A stretch of 64,000 nucleotides of DNA, taken from an uncultured Actinomycetota bacterium (GTDB lineage: Bacteria; Actinomycetota; Actinomycetes; CAVWCF01). The stretch covers positions 1,408,001-1,472,000 of the forward strand of contig CAVWCF010000001.1 in assembly GCA_963753435.1 (NCBI GenBank), read 5' to 3'. Below the pieces are notes generated by a model that worked only from the letters and a program-made list of their open reading frames with translations, had not been told where the DNA came from and ran no database searches. Position 1 is the stretch's first letter. Each line of letters opens with the position of its first letter. The translations under genes were made by a program, and so were the position numbers. Below, in pieces: positions 1-10,275 of the stretch.

Positions 1-186
1 GTGCCGGTGCCAGCGGACGTGGACGGATTCATCGACGCCTACGACGCCAAGTACGGGTTTCGCCCTACGGCGCAGTCACTGGAGGGCGGTTTGTTCCGGC
101 TGGCCCCGAAGCAAGCCCTGACGTGGTCGGAGCAGGTGTTCCCGCTTGGGAAGGTTCGCTGGCGGTTCCGCGGCCGCACGACCTAG
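1..186 (+). CDS. C-terminal fragment of a probable pyridoxamine 5'-phosphate oxidase-like (split-barrel) protein, truncated by the window edge
   Basis: Open frame from position 1 ending ...FIDAYDAKYG...RLAPKQALTW...VRWRF, resembling PNPOx-like C-termini; its stop overlaps the convergent gene's stop at CTAG 183-186. Confidence 0.45.
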   Translation: MPVPADVDGFIDAYDAKYGFRPTAQSLEGGLFRLAPKQALTWSEQVFPLGKVRWRFRGRTT

Positions 187-1229
187 GGATCCGGTACCAG
201 CACCAACCCACCGACATGGCGCTTCTGCTCGAAGTCGGCCTGCGCTTGGTGGATCTGGGCCAGGGGGTAGCTGGCGGCAACGACAGGTCTGACCGAGCCG
301 CCGCCTAGCAGGTCCATGAGTCGGCCGAACAGTTCCGGCGGGTAGGTCGTCACCCCCAGCAGGGTGAGGTCGTTCAGGTAGAGCGTTCGCAGATCTACGC
401 GGGCAATCGGCCCGGCGATGGCTCCCGCCGTGACAAAGCGCCCGCCACGACGCAGGGCGGACAGCCAGGCGGGCACCTGCGCGCCGCCCACAACGTCCAC
501 GACCACTTCGGGCGCCCCGCCGCATAGAGCCGAAGCCTCGCCAACCGGATCATCGGATTCGCGGGCCACCGTGACCGCCCCCAGCGCCGCAACGGCCGGC
601 GCTTTGTCCCGACCGACTACAGCCACGACGTTGGCGCCCAGCGCCTGCGCTATTTGAACCGCAGCAGTGCCCACTCCGCCGGAGGCCCCGGTCACCACTA
701 TCTGCTCCCCCGCTGCCACCCCAGCGCGTTCCAGCATGTTGAGCGCAGTGGCCCAGGAGCAGGGGACCGACCCGAGTTCGATGTCCGACAGGTCCGTCTC
801 GACGCGATGGGCGTTCACAGCGGGAACCACGCAGAACTGCGCGAACCCACCGTCGACCTCGCTGCCCAGCATCAGCCAGTTGTCTGCTCCCCGCCGAACC
901 CACGGGTCGACCAGCACGCGTTGCCCGACCAGGTGCGACTCGACGCCCGGCCCGACCGCGGCCACCGTCCCGACAACGTCGGCGCCTTGGATCCGCGGGA
1001 AGCCGAGCCCCGCTGGGCTGCCGCGCCAGCCGGTCGCTGCGTCGCTGGCATCAGTGGAGTACCAGCCGGTCCTGGTGTTGATGTCGGTGTTGTTGACGCC
1101 ACAGGCTGCGACCTTGATGAGAACCTCACCGCGCGCCGGGACCGGACGCGGGACATCGTCGCGAACCACGAGCTGGTCCGGGCCGCCGATACCGGTCAGG
1201 ACCGCGGCCTGCATCAGGGGCTCGGTCAT
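183..1229 (-). CDS. Zinc-binding/medium-chain dehydrogenase-reductase (alcohol dehydrogenase/quinone oxidoreductase family)
   Basis: MTEPLMQAAVLTG start; ACGVNNTD, GADVVGTV, VTGASGGVG nucleotide-binding motif; start trimmed to ATG 1229. Confidence 0.85.
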   Translation of the reverse strand: MTEPLMQAAVLTGIGGPDQLVVRDDVPRPVPARGEVLIKVAACGVNNTDINTRTGWYSTDASDAATGWRGSPAGLGFPRIQGADVVGTVAAVGPGVESHLVGQRVLVDPWVRRGADNWLMLGSEVDGGFAQFCVVPAVNAHRVETDLSDIELGSVPCSWATALNMLERAGVAAGEQIVVTGASGGVGTAAVQIAQALGANVVAVVGRDKAPAVAALGAVTVARESDDPVGEASALCGGAPEVVVDVVGGAQVPAWLSALRRGGRFVTAGAIAGPIARVDLRTLYLNDLTLLGVTTYPPELFGRLMDLLGGGSVRPVVAASYPLAQIHQAQADFEQKRHVGGLVLVPDP

Positions 1230-1236
1230 CGTCGGC

Positions 1237-2058
1237 CTACACCCGTCGGCGCAGAGCGCGCACCGACAGCGGCGCGAAGATGGCGACCACTGCAACGCAC
1301 CACAACGCGGACCAGAACACCGGCTGCGCGATCGGTCCGTCCACGAGCAGTCCACGCATCGCGTCGCTGATCTGGGACACGGGGTTGGCTTTGACGATCG
1401 GCTGCAGCCAGCCCGGCATCGTCTCAACCGGTACGAAGACGTTGCTGAGGAACGTCAGCGGGAAGTAGAAGGTGAAGCTGAACAACTGCACCTTCTCCGG
1501 ATCGCGGGCGAGAACTCCCACCAGAACGGGGATCCAGGAGAACGCCAGGGCCGCAGTCATGATCACCACGCAGGCGCCGACGAGTCCGGCCACGCCAGTG
1601 CCGAGCCGGAACCCCAGGAGGAACCCGACGCCGAGCAACAAGACCAAGGACCAGGCCTGCTTGACCATGTCGCCGAGGATGCGTCCGGCCAGCGGCGCCC
1701 ACCTGGCGATCGGCAGCGAGCGCAACCGGTCGAACATGCCCTTGGTCAGATCGTTGTTGAGCCCCTGGCCGACGTAGCCGGTGACGAAGAACATGTTCAT
1801 CACGATGATTCCGGGCAGTGCGAACTGCAGGTACTGCGTCGGGGAGTCCGCGATCGCGCCACCGAAGATGTAGGTGAAGAGGACCACGAACAGGATCGGT
1901 TGCAGGCTGAAGTCGCCCAGTTCCATCGGGTTGTGGCGGATCTGAACCAAGGTGCGCCAGGCCAACGTGACGGTGTGGCGCAGTCCCTCGACGAAGCTGA
2001 CGCGCTCGGGGCCGGACGACTCCGGCGCACCAGTGGCGCGCACCTGGGTGTCCGTCAT
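1237..2058 (-). CDS. ABC-2 type exporter permease (DrrB-like)
   Basis: Six hydrophobic segments, 'GMFDRLRSLPIARWAPLAGR', 'FVPVETMPGWLQ..NPVS'; ATGA overlap with the ATPase gene. Confidence 0.88.
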   Translation of the reverse strand: MTDTQVRATGAPESSGPERVSFVEGLRHTVTLAWRTLVQIRHNPMELGDFSLQPILFVVLFTYIFGGAIADSPTQYLQFALPGIIVMNMFFVTGYVGQGLNNDLTKGMFDRLRSLPIARWAPLAGRILGDMVKQAWSLVLLLGVGFLLGFRLGTGVAGLVGACVVIMTAALAFSWIPVLVGVLARDPEKVQLFSFTFYFPLTFLSNVFVPVETMPGWLQPIVKANPVSQISDAMRGLLVDGPIAQPVFWSALWCVAVVAIFAPLSVRALRRRV

Positions 2059-3038
2059 CCCGTTGCCTCCGTCGCCTCGGGGTCGGCCGCCGCAGCGCCA
2101 TGGCCGGTCAGCGCAATGAAGACCTCGTCCAGACTGGCCGAGCGCAAGTTGAGTTCCTCCAACGCGATTCCGGCGTCGTCCAGGCGACGCATGATGGCCG
2201 GAACCGAGGCCGCAACGCTCAATGCCACCGCCACCCGGGACCCCGAAACCGTGGGCTCGGCCCCCGACATCTCGCGGAGCAAGCGCAGCAGCGGGTCCAC
2301 GTCGGCCGGATCGGTGGGGCGCACCACCAGGGACTGGGTGCCGACCAGCGCTTTGAGTTCGTCCGGTGTGCCGTCGGCGATGACCCGACCACGGTCGATC
2401 ACGACCAGGCTGTCCGCCAATTCGTCGGCCTCGTCCAGGTACTGCGTCGTCAACAGCACGGTGACCCCGTCGGCGACCATGCGGCGCACCAAACCCCACA
2501 TCTCCCGGCGGGCCACCGGGTCCAGCCCGGTCGTTGGTTCATCTAGGAACAGGATGCGCGGGCCGCCGACGAGGCTGGCGGCCAGGTCCAAGCGCCGCCG
2601 CATCCCCCCGGAGTAAGTCTTCGCCGCTCGATCGGCGGCGTCTTCGATCCCGAACGACTTCAGCAGTTCACCGGCGCGGGCGCGCGCGTCCGGCCGGGGC
2701 ATGCCGAGGAGGCGACCGATGAGGATCAGGTTCTCGGTCCCGGTCATGGCTTCATCAACCGATGCGTACTGGCCCGTGAGACCGATCATTCGCCGCACTT
2801 GATGGGCCTGGGTCACCACATCGAAACCGCCGACCCGGGCCCGTCCGGCATCGGGGCGAAGCAGTGTTGCGAGCACCCGAACGGCTGTCGTCTTGCCGGC
2901 GCCGTTGGGTCCCAGCAGTCCGAGGACCGTGCCCGGTCGAACCACGAAGTCGACCCCGGCCAGCGCGGTCGTCTCGCCGAAGCGCCGTACCAGGCCCTCG
3001 ACTTCGACGGCGTACTGCGGGGAAGGCGCCGAGAGCAC
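2055..3038 (-). CDS. ABC exporter ATP-binding subunit (DrrA-like)
   Basis: Walker A GPNGAGKT, signature YSGGMRRRL, Walker B LFLDEPTTGLD; TAGGGT 6 nt before GTG. Confidence 0.92.
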   Translation of the reverse strand: MLSAPSPQYAVEVEGLVRRFGETTALAGVDFVVRPGTVLGLLGPNGAGKTTAVRVLATLLRPDAGRARVGGFDVVTQAHQVRRMIGLTGQYASVDEAMTGTENLILIGRLLGMPRPDARARAGELLKSFGIEDAADRAAKTYSGGMRRRLDLAASLVGGPRILFLDEPTTGLDPVARREMWGLVRRMVADGVTVLLTTQYLDEADELADSLVVIDRGRVIADGTPDELKALVGTQSLVVRPTDPADVDPLLRLLREMSGAEPTVSGSRVAVALSVAASVPAIMRRLDDAGIALEELNLRSASLDEVFIALTGHGAAAADPEATEATG

Positions 3039-3097
3039 TCAGCGACCCTAGACCCGCGCCGGCCGCGGCGGTACCCACCGCACATCCTGCGGACGAG

Positions 3098-3170
3098 TGG
3101 AGACGAGGGGACTCGAACCCCTAACCCCTGCCTTGCAAAGGCAGTGCTCTACCAATTGAGCTACGCCCCC
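3098..3170 (-). tRNA. tRNA-Ala(TGC)
   Basis: GGGGGCGTAGCTCAATTGGTAGAGC...CTGCC-TT-TGC-AA-GGCAG...GTTCGAGTCCCCTCGTCTCCA; G3:U70 alanine determinant; CCA not encoded. Confidence 0.96.
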
Positions 3171-3182
3171 CAGGGGCTTCCT

Positions 3183-3311
3183 TCAGCGCAGGTCGAGCGT
3201 GTCGGCCGTGGCCTCTTCCCAGAGTTCCTGCTCAGCCCGATCGGCCTGGACCTTCTGGTACACCAAGAATCCCGCGACTGCTGCCGCCACGAGGAGAAAG
3301 AGCTTCTTCAT
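3183..3311 (-). CDS. 42-aa small membrane protein, DLW-39 family-like
   Basis: Manual translation MKKLFLLVAAAVAGFLVYQKVQADRAEQELWEEATADTLDLR; position between tRNA-Ile and tRNA-Ala is typical of this family; absent from the ORF track (<60 aa). Confidence 0.85.
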   Translation of the reverse strand: MKKLFLLVAAAVAGFLVYQKVQADRAEQELWEEATADTLDLR

Positions 3312-3344
3312 GCGATTCACCCTGCCAGATCGTCGGGACACGCG

Positions 3345-3418
3345 TGGGCCTAGCTGGACTTGAACCAGCGACCTCTTCCTTATCAGGGAAGCGCTCTAAC
3401 CGTCTGAGCTATAGGCCC
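3345..3418 (-). tRNA. tRNA-Ile(GAT)
   Basis: GGGCCTATAGCTCAGACGGTTAGAGCG-CTTCC-CT-GAT-AA-GGAAG-AGGTCGCTGGTTCAAGTCCAGCTAGGCCCA; CCA not encoded. Confidence 0.96.
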
Positions 3419-3464
3419 GAGCAGGGCCGAAGGTTACCCCAACCCTGGGCCGGCCCCGTCCGCG

Positions 3465-3911
3465 TCACTCCTGCTCCGAAACCGTCGCTTCCAGGCCGCC
3501 GACCAGTCCGACCGTGAGGTTGTACAGGAACGCGCCCAGCGTGACCAGGGCCGTGACCAGCACAGCCTGCAAAGCGGCCAGCAGGAAGCCGAAGCCGATC
3601 ACCCGACGCAAGCTGAAGATGTCCGCAACCCGCACCGTCGACGACCCGGTGAGGTCGGCCAGGAACCGGTCCACCGCACCGATGACATCCGCGGCGCTGA
3701 GCACGCCCCACAGCACCGTGACCATGACCACCACGGCGATGCCCATGGCCGCGCTGAGCACGAACGACACCTTCATGACCGACCACGGGTCGAGCCGAAT
3801 CACGGTGGAGCGCACCTTGCGCACGCGCACCTTGGACGATGGCGGCGGACCCGGTGGCGTGCGGCGGATCGGTGCCGGCCCGCTGCTGGCGCTGGAGCGG
3901 GCGGTGCTCAT
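3465..3911 (-). CDS. DUF3566 membrane protein
   Basis: '[12 protein letters not shown]' and 'LGAFLYNL...GGLE' motifs; conserved position after gyrA. Confidence 0.88.
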   Translation of the reverse strand: MSTARSSASSGPAPIRRTPPGPPPSSKVRVRKVRSTVIRLDPWSVMKVSFVLSAAMGIAVVVMVTVLWGVLSAADVIGAVDRFLADLTGSSTVRVADIFSLRRVIGFGFLLAALQAVLVTALVTLGAFLYNLTVGLVGGLEATVSEQE

Positions 3912-6454
3912 CCGGCCTCGCCGTCGTTGCCCTCGCCGTCGGTTTCGGCGGCGCCGTCGTCAGCGGTGGTGTCGTCGGCGGCTGGCTCCGCAGCGGCTGC
4001 GTCCCGCTCGGCGTTTCGTGCCACCGTGACCACCGCGTCTTCATCCTTGAGGTTGATGAGGATGACGCCCATGGTGTCACGACCGGACTGCCGGACATCG
4101 GCGACAGGCGAGCGGATTACGCCACCGGATGCGGTGATGGCGAAGACCTCGTCGTCGCCGTCGACCACCATGGCGGCGACCAGGCCGCCGCGAGCGTCGA
4201 CCAGCCGCATCGCCCGGACGCCGAGAATGCCCCGGTTCTTCGGTGCCCACTCAGCCAACGAGGTTCGCTTGGCGTAGCCCCCGTCGGTAACCGTCAACAG
4301 GTCGGCCTCCGGACGGACCACGTCCATCGCCAGGAGCTGGTCGTCGCCGCGGAACCGCATGCCGGTGACCCCGCCGGTGGCTCGGCCCATCGGTCGCAGC
4401 GCGGTGTCATCTGCGGTGAAGCGCACGGACTGGCCGGCCACCGACACCAGGATCAGGTCGTCGGTGGGGTGCACCAACCGGGCCGCAATGACCTCGTCGC
4501 CGTCGCCGAGGTTGATTGCGATCAATCCACCCATGCGGTTGGAGTCGTAGTCGGTGAGCCGCGTCTTCTTCACCTTGCCGCCGCGAGTAGCCAGGACCAG
4601 GTACGGCGCCACCTCGTAGTCGCGCAGCGCCATTACCTGCGCAACGTTCTCGTCCGGCCGCAGCGCCAGGACATTGGCCAAGTGCTGGCCCTTGGCATCA
4701 CGCCCGGTCTCGGGCAGCTCGTACGCCTTCAACCGCAGCACGCGGCCGGTGTTGGTGAAGAACAACAGCCAATGGTGGGTGGTGGTCACGAACAAGTGCT
4801 CGACGATGTCGTCGGAACGAAGGCTGGCGCCGCGCACACCCTTGCCGCCACGGCGCTGCGAGCGGTACAGGTCCGAAACGGTTCGGCGCGCGTAACCGCC
4901 ACGAGTGATGGTGACAACGACATCACGTTCCGGGATCAGGTCCTCCGCCGACATTTCGCCTTCGTCGGGCACGATCTCGGTGCGCCGTTCGTCCCCGAAT
5001 CGGTCGACGATCTCAGCCAGCTCCGTGGAAATGATCTCGCGCTGCCGCGAGGGCGACTCGAGGATCGCGTTGTACTCCGCGATCTTCTCGGTCAGCTCCG
5101 CGAACTCGTCCAGGATCTTCTGCCGTTCCAAAGCGGCGAGGCGACGCAACTGCATGTCGAGGATGGCCGTGGCCTGGATCTCGTCGATGTCGAGCAGTTC
5201 CATCAGACCGGTCCGCGCGGCGTCAACTGTCTGCGAGGCCCGGATCAGAGCAATGACCTCGTCCAGGGCCTCGAGGGCCTTGAGCAGGGCACGCAAGATG
5301 TGCGCGCGCTCTTCGGCTTTGCGCAACCGGAAGCGGGTACGGCGCTGGATCACCTCGACCTGGTGGGCAATCCAGTGCGTGACGAAATCGTGCAGCGACA
5401 GCGTCCGTGGCACGCCATCGACCAGGGCGACCATGTTCGCCCCGAACGTCTGCTGCAGTTGGGTGTGCTTGTAGAGGTTGTTCAGCACCACCCGGGCGAT
5501 CGCATCGCGCTTGAGCACGATCACCAACCGTTGCCCGGTGCGCGAGGACGAGTCGTCGCGGATGTCGGCGATGCCGGCGACCCGGCCGGACTCCACCAGG
5601 TCGGCGATGTCAAGAGCGAGCTTGTCCGGGTTCACCTGGTACGGCAGTTGCGTAATCACCAGGGTTTGCCGGCCGCGACGGTCTTCCTCGACGTCGACGA
5701 CCGCGCGCATGACGACTGAGCCGCGCCCGGTGGCGTATGCGTCGGCGATGCCACGCCGGCCGACGATGCGCGCCCCGGTCGGGAAGTCCGGGCCGGGGAT
5801 GCGTTGCACCAGCTCCGCCTGCAACTGCTCCGCATCGGCCTCCGGGTTGGCCAGCGCCCACTGCACCCCGTCGGCCACTTCGCGCAGGTTGTGCGGCGGG
5901 ATCTTGGTCGCCATGCCGACGGCGATGCCGTCGGAGCCGTTGACCAGCAGGTTCGGGAACCGGGCGGGGAGGATCACCGGCTCGGCGGTGCGGCCGTCGT
6001 AGTTGGGGACGAAGTCGACGGTCTCCTCGTCGATCTCCCGCAGGACCTCCATCGCCAGCGGCGCCATCCGGCACTCCGTGTAGCGCATGGCGGCGGCCGG
6101 GTCGTTGCCCGGCGAGCCGAAGTTGCCCTGCCCCTGAACCAACGGGTAGCGCATCGCCCACGGCTGCACCAGGCGGACCAAGGTGTCGTAGATGGCCGAG
6201 TCACCGTGCGGGTGGTAGTTACCCATGACATCGCCAACGACGCGGGCGCACTTGCTGAAACCGCGGTCGGGTCGGAACCCGCCGTCGAACATGGCGTAGA
6301 GCACCCGGCGGTGGACCGGCTTCAGTCCGTCCCGGACGTCCGGCAGCGCGCGCCCCACGATCACGCTCATCGCGTAGTCGAGGTAACTGCGCTGCATCTC
6401 GACGTTCAGGTCGACCGGCTCGATGCGGTCGGTGGTGATCGGCTGGTCGGTCAC
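3908..6454 (-). CDS. gyrA: DNA gyrase subunit A
   Basis: [38 protein letters not shown], GyrA box QRRGGKG. Confidence 0.98.
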   Translation of the reverse strand: MTDQPITTDRIEPVDLNVEMQRSYLDYAMSVIVGRALPDVRDGLKPVHRRVLYAMFDGGFRPDRGFSKCARVVGDVMGNYHPHGDSAIYDTLVRLVQPWAMRYPLVQGQGNFGSPGNDPAAAMRYTECRMAPLAMEVLREIDEETVDFVPNYDGRTAEPVILPARFPNLLVNGSDGIAVGMATKIPPHNLREVADGVQWALANPEADAEQLQAELVQRIPGPDFPTGARIVGRRGIADAYATGRGSVVMRAVVDVEEDRRGRQTLVITQLPYQVNPDKLALDIADLVESGRVAGIADIRDDSSSRTGQRLVIVLKRDAIARVVLNNLYKHTQLQQTFGANMVALVDGVPRTLSLHDFVTHWIAHQVEVIQRRTRFRLRKAEERAHILRALLKALEALDEVIALIRASQTVDAARTGLMELLDIDEIQATAILDMQLRRLAALERQKILDEFAELTEKIAEYNAILESPSRQREIISTELAEIVDRFGDERRTEIVPDEGEMSAEDLIPERDVVVTITRGGYARRTVSDLYRSQRRGGKGVRGASLRSDDIVEHLFVTTTHHWLLFFTNTGRVLRLKAYELPETGRDAKGQHLANVLALRPDENVAQVMALRDYEVAPYLVLATRGGKVKKTRLTDYDSNRMGGLIAINLGDGDEVIAARLVHPTDDLILVSVAGQSVRFTADDTALRPMGRATGGVTGMRFRGDDQLLAMDVVRPEADLLTVTDGGYAKRTSLAEWAPKNRGILGVRAMRLVDARGGLVAAMVVDGDDEVFAITASGGVIRSPVADVRQSGRDTMGVILINLKDEDAVVTVARNAERDAAAAEPAADDTTADDGAAETDGEGNDGEAG

Positions 6455-6505
6455 CGTGTTCCTTCCGTTCTGGATCGGTGGGGCTCAGGTCGCATCAACG
6501 GCACA

Positions 6506-8437
6506 TCAGATGTCGAGGAACCGGACGTCCTTGGCGTTGCGTTGAATGAAGTTGCGGCGGCTCTCGACGTCCTCGCCCATCAGGACACTGAAGAGTTCGT
6601 CGGCCTGTGCCGCGTCATCGAGAGTCACCTGCAACAGCACTCGGGTCGCCGGGTCCATGGTCGTCTCCCACAGTTCCGACGCGTTCATCTCCCCCAGACC
6701 CTTGTACCGCTGGATGCCTTCGTCCTTCGGCAGCCGCTTGCCGGCCTCGCTGCCCGCAGCCATGAGCGCGTCCCGCTCCCGGTCGGAGTAGGCGTACTCC
6801 GCTGCGTCCTTGCCGGTCCACTTCAGTTTGTAAAGCGGCGGCTGGGCCAGGAACACGTAGCCGGCCTCCACCAATGGGCGCATGAAACGGAACAGCAGGG
6901 TGAGCAGCAGCGTGCGAATGTGCTGGCCGTCAACATCGGCGTCGGCCATGAGCACGATCTTGTGATAGCGCAGCTTCTCGACGTCGAAGTCGTCATGGAT
7001 GCCGGTGCCCAACGCGGAGATCAGCGCCTGCACCTCGTTGTTGCTCAGCACCTTGTCGATGCGCGCCTTCTCGACGTTCAGAATCTTTCCGCGGATCGGC
7101 AGAATCGCCTGCGTCTGTGGGTCGCGCCCGCCCTTGGCCGAGCCGCCGGCGGAGTCGCCCTCAACGATGAAGACTTCGCAGTCGGCCGGATTGGTCGACT
7201 GACAGTCGGAGAGCTTGCCGGGCAGACCGGATCCGCCGAGCAGGCCCTTGCGGGAACGGGCCAGGTCCCGCGCCTTGCGCGCGGCCAACCGGGCTTGAGC
7301 CGCGGAAGTCGTCTTGCGGGCGATGTCCTTGCCCTCGGCGGGGTTGGCCTCGAACCAGGCTCCCAGGTTCTCGTTGACGACCTTCTGCACCAGGCCCTTG
7401 GCCTCGGGGTTGCCCAGCTTCGTCTTGGTCTGGCCCTCGAACTGTGGTTCGCGCAACTTGACGCTGACGATGGCGGTCAGCCCCTCGCGCACGTCCTCAC
7501 CGGCGAGGTTGGCGTCCTTCTCCTTGAGCACACCCCATTCGCGGGCGAACCGGTTGACCAAGGAGGTGACGGCGGCGCGGAAACCCTCCTCATGGGAGCC
7601 GCCCTCGTGGGTGTTGATCGTGTTCGCGAAGGTGTAAACGCTCTCCGTGAAACCGGAGTTCCACTGCAGCGCGACCTCGACGCTCATTCCGGTCTCGTCG
7701 TCGGTGGTGTCGAAGGAAACGATCGATCGGTGCGCCGGCCCCTTGGGACCGTTGAGGTAGTCCACGAAATCGACGATGCCGCCGTCGTACTTCCAGGTCT
7801 GCACCCGGGGGGCTTCGGCGTCTCGCTCGTCGTTCAGTGTCAGGGACAGGCTCCGGTTCAGGAAGGCCATCTCCTGGAACCTCCGGGCCAGGGTCTCGAA
7901 GTCGTACTGGATGGTCTCGAACACGTCCGGGTCCGCCCAGAAAGTCACCTGGGTGCCGGTGCGGTCGGTCGACTCACCCCGCTGCAGCGGACCCGGGATC
8001 GACCGCTCGTAACGCTGCCGCCAGACGTAGCCGTCGCGATGGATCTCCACTTCCAGCGCCCGCGACAACGCGTTGACCACCGAGACGCCAACCCCGTGCA
8101 GACCACCGGAAACCGAGTAGCCGCCGCCGCCGAACTTGCCGCCCGCGTGCAGCACCGTCAGCACGACCTCAACAGCCGGACGCTTTTCCACCGGGTGGTC
8201 ATCCACGGGGATCCCGCGGCCGTTGTCGATGACCCGCACGCCACCGTCGGCCTGCAGCGTCACCTCGATCGTGTCGCAGTGGCCGGCCAAGGCCTCGTCG
8301 ACGGCGTTGTCGACAACCTCGTAGACCAGGTGGTGCAGGCCGCGTTCCCCGGTGGAGCCGATGTACATCCCGGGACGTTTGCGAACCGCGTCGAGACCCT
8401 CGAGCACCTGGATGTTCGCGGCGTCATACGTCGTCAC
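6506..8437 (-). CDS. gyrB: DNA gyrase subunit B
   Basis: [51 protein letters not shown]. Confidence 0.98.
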   Translation of the reverse strand: MTTYDAANIQVLEGLDAVRKRPGMYIGSTGERGLHHLVYEVVDNAVDEALAGHCDTIEVTLQADGGVRVIDNGRGIPVDDHPVEKRPAVEVVLTVLHAGGKFGGGGYSVSGGLHGVGVSVVNALSRALEVEIHRDGYVWRQRYERSIPGPLQRGESTDRTGTQVTFWADPDVFETIQYDFETLARRFQEMAFLNRSLSLTLNDERDAEAPRVQTWKYDGGIVDFVDYLNGPKGPAHRSIVSFDTTDDETGMSVEVALQWNSGFTESVYTFANTINTHEGGSHEEGFRAAVTSLVNRFAREWGVLKEKDANLAGEDVREGLTAIVSVKLREPQFEGQTKTKLGNPEAKGLVQKVVNENLGAWFEANPAEGKDIARKTTSAAQARLAARKARDLARSRKGLLGGSGLPGKLSDCQSTNPADCEVFIVEGDSAGGSAKGGRDPQTQAILPIRGKILNVEKARIDKVLSNNEVQALISALGTGIHDDFDVEKLRYHKIVLMADADVDGQHIRTLLLTLLFRFMRPLVEAGYVFLAQPPLYKLKWTGKDAAEYAYSDRERDALMAAGSEAGKRLPKDEGIQRYKGLGEMNASELWETTMDPATRVLLQVTLDDAAQADELFSVLMGEDVESRRNFIQRNAKDVRFLDI

Positions 8438-8638
8438 GGGGGTCGGCCCTCCTCATCGGGCGAGGCCGCTCCTGGGGATGCCCGGGAAGCGGCCTCGATT
8501 GAGCCGGAGTCTACCGGCTCGGGCGCCTCAGGGTGCCGCTGCCGGGCCGCTAGTGGACATATCCGCCGCGAACAGTCCCGTGTCGGGGAGCAGTACACCC
8601 CCTGGGGGTCGCGTGACGGCCTACGGGCGCGATTCGAA

Positions 8639-9151
8639 TCAGCCGTAGGTGTCGCGCGGGCCTCGGCCGGGCACGGTTCGCCGGCCCTTGCGCCAACTCG
8701 GTGCACTCGGACCGAGGACCTGCACCGAACTCACGGTGCCCGTGCCCACGTGCGCGCTGATGGCGGCCTCGACGGCCGGCAGCAACAGCCGCAGTTGCGT
8801 GGCCCAGGCGGTGGAGTCCGCCCGCACGCGCAGGACCCCCGATTGCGGATCCAGGGCTTCTGGTTGGCAGTGCTGCGCCACATCGGGGCCGACCAACTCG
8901 GCCCAGTCGGCGAACACGCGCCCGGCCCGGGTGCCGGTCTCCCAGCCGCGCTGGCCGACCAGGTCGGTCACCGCCGATCCGACCGCCTGCGGGTCGCGGG
9001 CGTCCGGGGCCGGCCCGGAGTACTCCCCGGGCTGGGGGATTTCGCGTGCGGAGCGGCGTTGTGGCTGACGCGGCGTGCGGCCGCGCAGCCGGCTCAGCAA
9101 CAGCCGGGCCGGGTCGGTGCGGCCTTCGGGCGGACCGACCGGGACGCTCAC
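8639..9151 (-). CDS. DciA/DUF721 family helicase-loader protein
   Basis: 'WAELVG..VAQHC.P', 'ADSTAWATQLR', C-terminal 'GRGPRDTYG'; located between recF and gyrB. Confidence 0.88.
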   Translation of the reverse strand: MSVPVGPPEGRTDPARLLLSRLRGRTPRQPQRRSAREIPQPGEYSGPAPDARDPQAVGSAVTDLVGQRGWETGTRAGRVFADWAELVGPDVAQHCQPEALDPQSGVLRVRADSTAWATQLRLLLPAVEAAISAHVGTGTVSSVQVLGPSAPSWRKGRRTVPGRGPRDTYG

Positions 9152-10272
9152 ACCAGCACCGTGCCGGACTCGATGTGGACTTGTCGACCCCGAAGCGGTT
9201 CAGGTACGTCGGCCTCCACAGCTGCGGTTACCAGGACCTGCTCGGCGCCGGCTACGGCTTCGGCCAGGGCTCCACGCCGTTGGGCATCAAGTTCGGCGAA
9301 GACGTCGTCCAGGATCAGCACGGGGTCGTCGCCGTCGGCAGCCAGTAGGTCGAAAGACGCCAGCCGTAAAGCCAGCGCGATCGACCAGGACTCCCCCTGG
9401 GAGGCGTAGCCACGAGCGGGCAGATCGTTCAGGATCATCACCAAGTCGTCGCGGTGCGGCCCAACGAGGGTTTGGCCGCGGTCAACCTCGTCGTCGCGCC
9501 GGTTGCGCAGCGCCTGGCCGAGCCACTCCGCCAGCCCGGTCGGGTCGCTGGCCGGGGGCTCGCCCGCGGCCGCGGCGTACTGCAGGTCAAGCAGGGCTTC
9601 ATCAGGGTTCCCGGACACCTGGCCGTAGCGCGCCTGCGCCAGCGGCCGCAGTTCGGTGAGCAGCGCCATTCGCGCCGCAGTCAGCTCGGCACCGAATGCG
9701 GCCACGTGCACATCCCAGGCATCCAAGGTGCTCAGATCAACACTGCGCCCGGACCGGCGAGCCGCGACCGCCGAGCGCAGCAGCGCGTTTCGCTGCTTCA
9801 GGACCCGCTCGTAGTCGGCCCGCACCCCGGCCAGTCGCGGAGTCCGGAGCACCAGCAGGTCGTCCAAGAACCTGCGGCGCTGCTCCGGGTCGCCCTTGAC
9901 CACCGACAGGTCCTCCGGCGCGAACAGGACGGTGCGCAGCAGCCCCAGGACCTCCCGGGCCCGCGGTAGATCGGCGCGGTTGAGCCGCGCGCGGTTGCTG
10001 CGGCCGGGCACGATCTCCAACTCCAGCAGCGCCTCGCGGCCGTCGCGATTGACCGCGCAGCGGATGACCGCGCGTTCGGCGCCGGACCGGATCAGCGCCG
10101 CATCGGTCGCCACCCGGTGGCTGCCGCCGGTGGCCAGATACCCGAGAGCCTCCACCAGGTTGGTCTTGCCCTGGCCGTTGCGGCCGAGCAGCAGGGTCAC
10201 CCCAGGATCGAGGGTCAGGTCCGCGGTCTCGTAGTTGCGGTAGTCGACGAGTCCTATGCGGGCGACATGCAC
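9148..10272 (-). CDS. recF: DNA replication/repair protein RecF
   Basis: GRNGQGKTNL, GPHRDDL, ASQGE, LILDDVFAELD. Confidence 0.97.
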   Translation of the reverse strand: MHVARIGLVDYRNYETADLTLDPGVTLLLGRNGQGKTNLVEALGYLATGGSHRVATDAALIRSGAERAVIRCAVNRDGREALLELEIVPGRSNRARLNRADLPRAREVLGLLRTVLFAPEDLSVVKGDPEQRRRFLDDLLVLRTPRLAGVRADYERVLKQRNALLRSAVAARRSGRSVDLSTLDAWDVHVAAFGAELTAARMALLTELRPLAQARYGQVSGNPDEALLDLQYAAAAGEPPASDPTGLAEWLGQALRNRRDDEVDRGQTLVGPHRDDLVMILNDLPARGYASQGESWSIALALRLASFDLLAADGDDPVLILDDVFAELDAQRRGALAEAVAGAEQVLVTAAVEADVPEPLRGRQVHIESGTVLV

Positions 10273-10275
10273 CGG

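Noticed and set aside
3098-3418. tRNAs as integration sites for a mobile element
   Set aside because: No integrase and no duplicated tRNA 3' end seen in the window
667-5719. 649-aa and 626-aa plus-strand ORFs
   Set aside because: Antisense to the clearly real dehydrogenase, ABC and gyrA genes
5804-9409. 1201-aa plus-strand ORF
   Set aside because: Antisense shadow of gyrA/gyrB/dciA/recF; stop-poor frames are expected at this GC content and the product shows no recognisable motif
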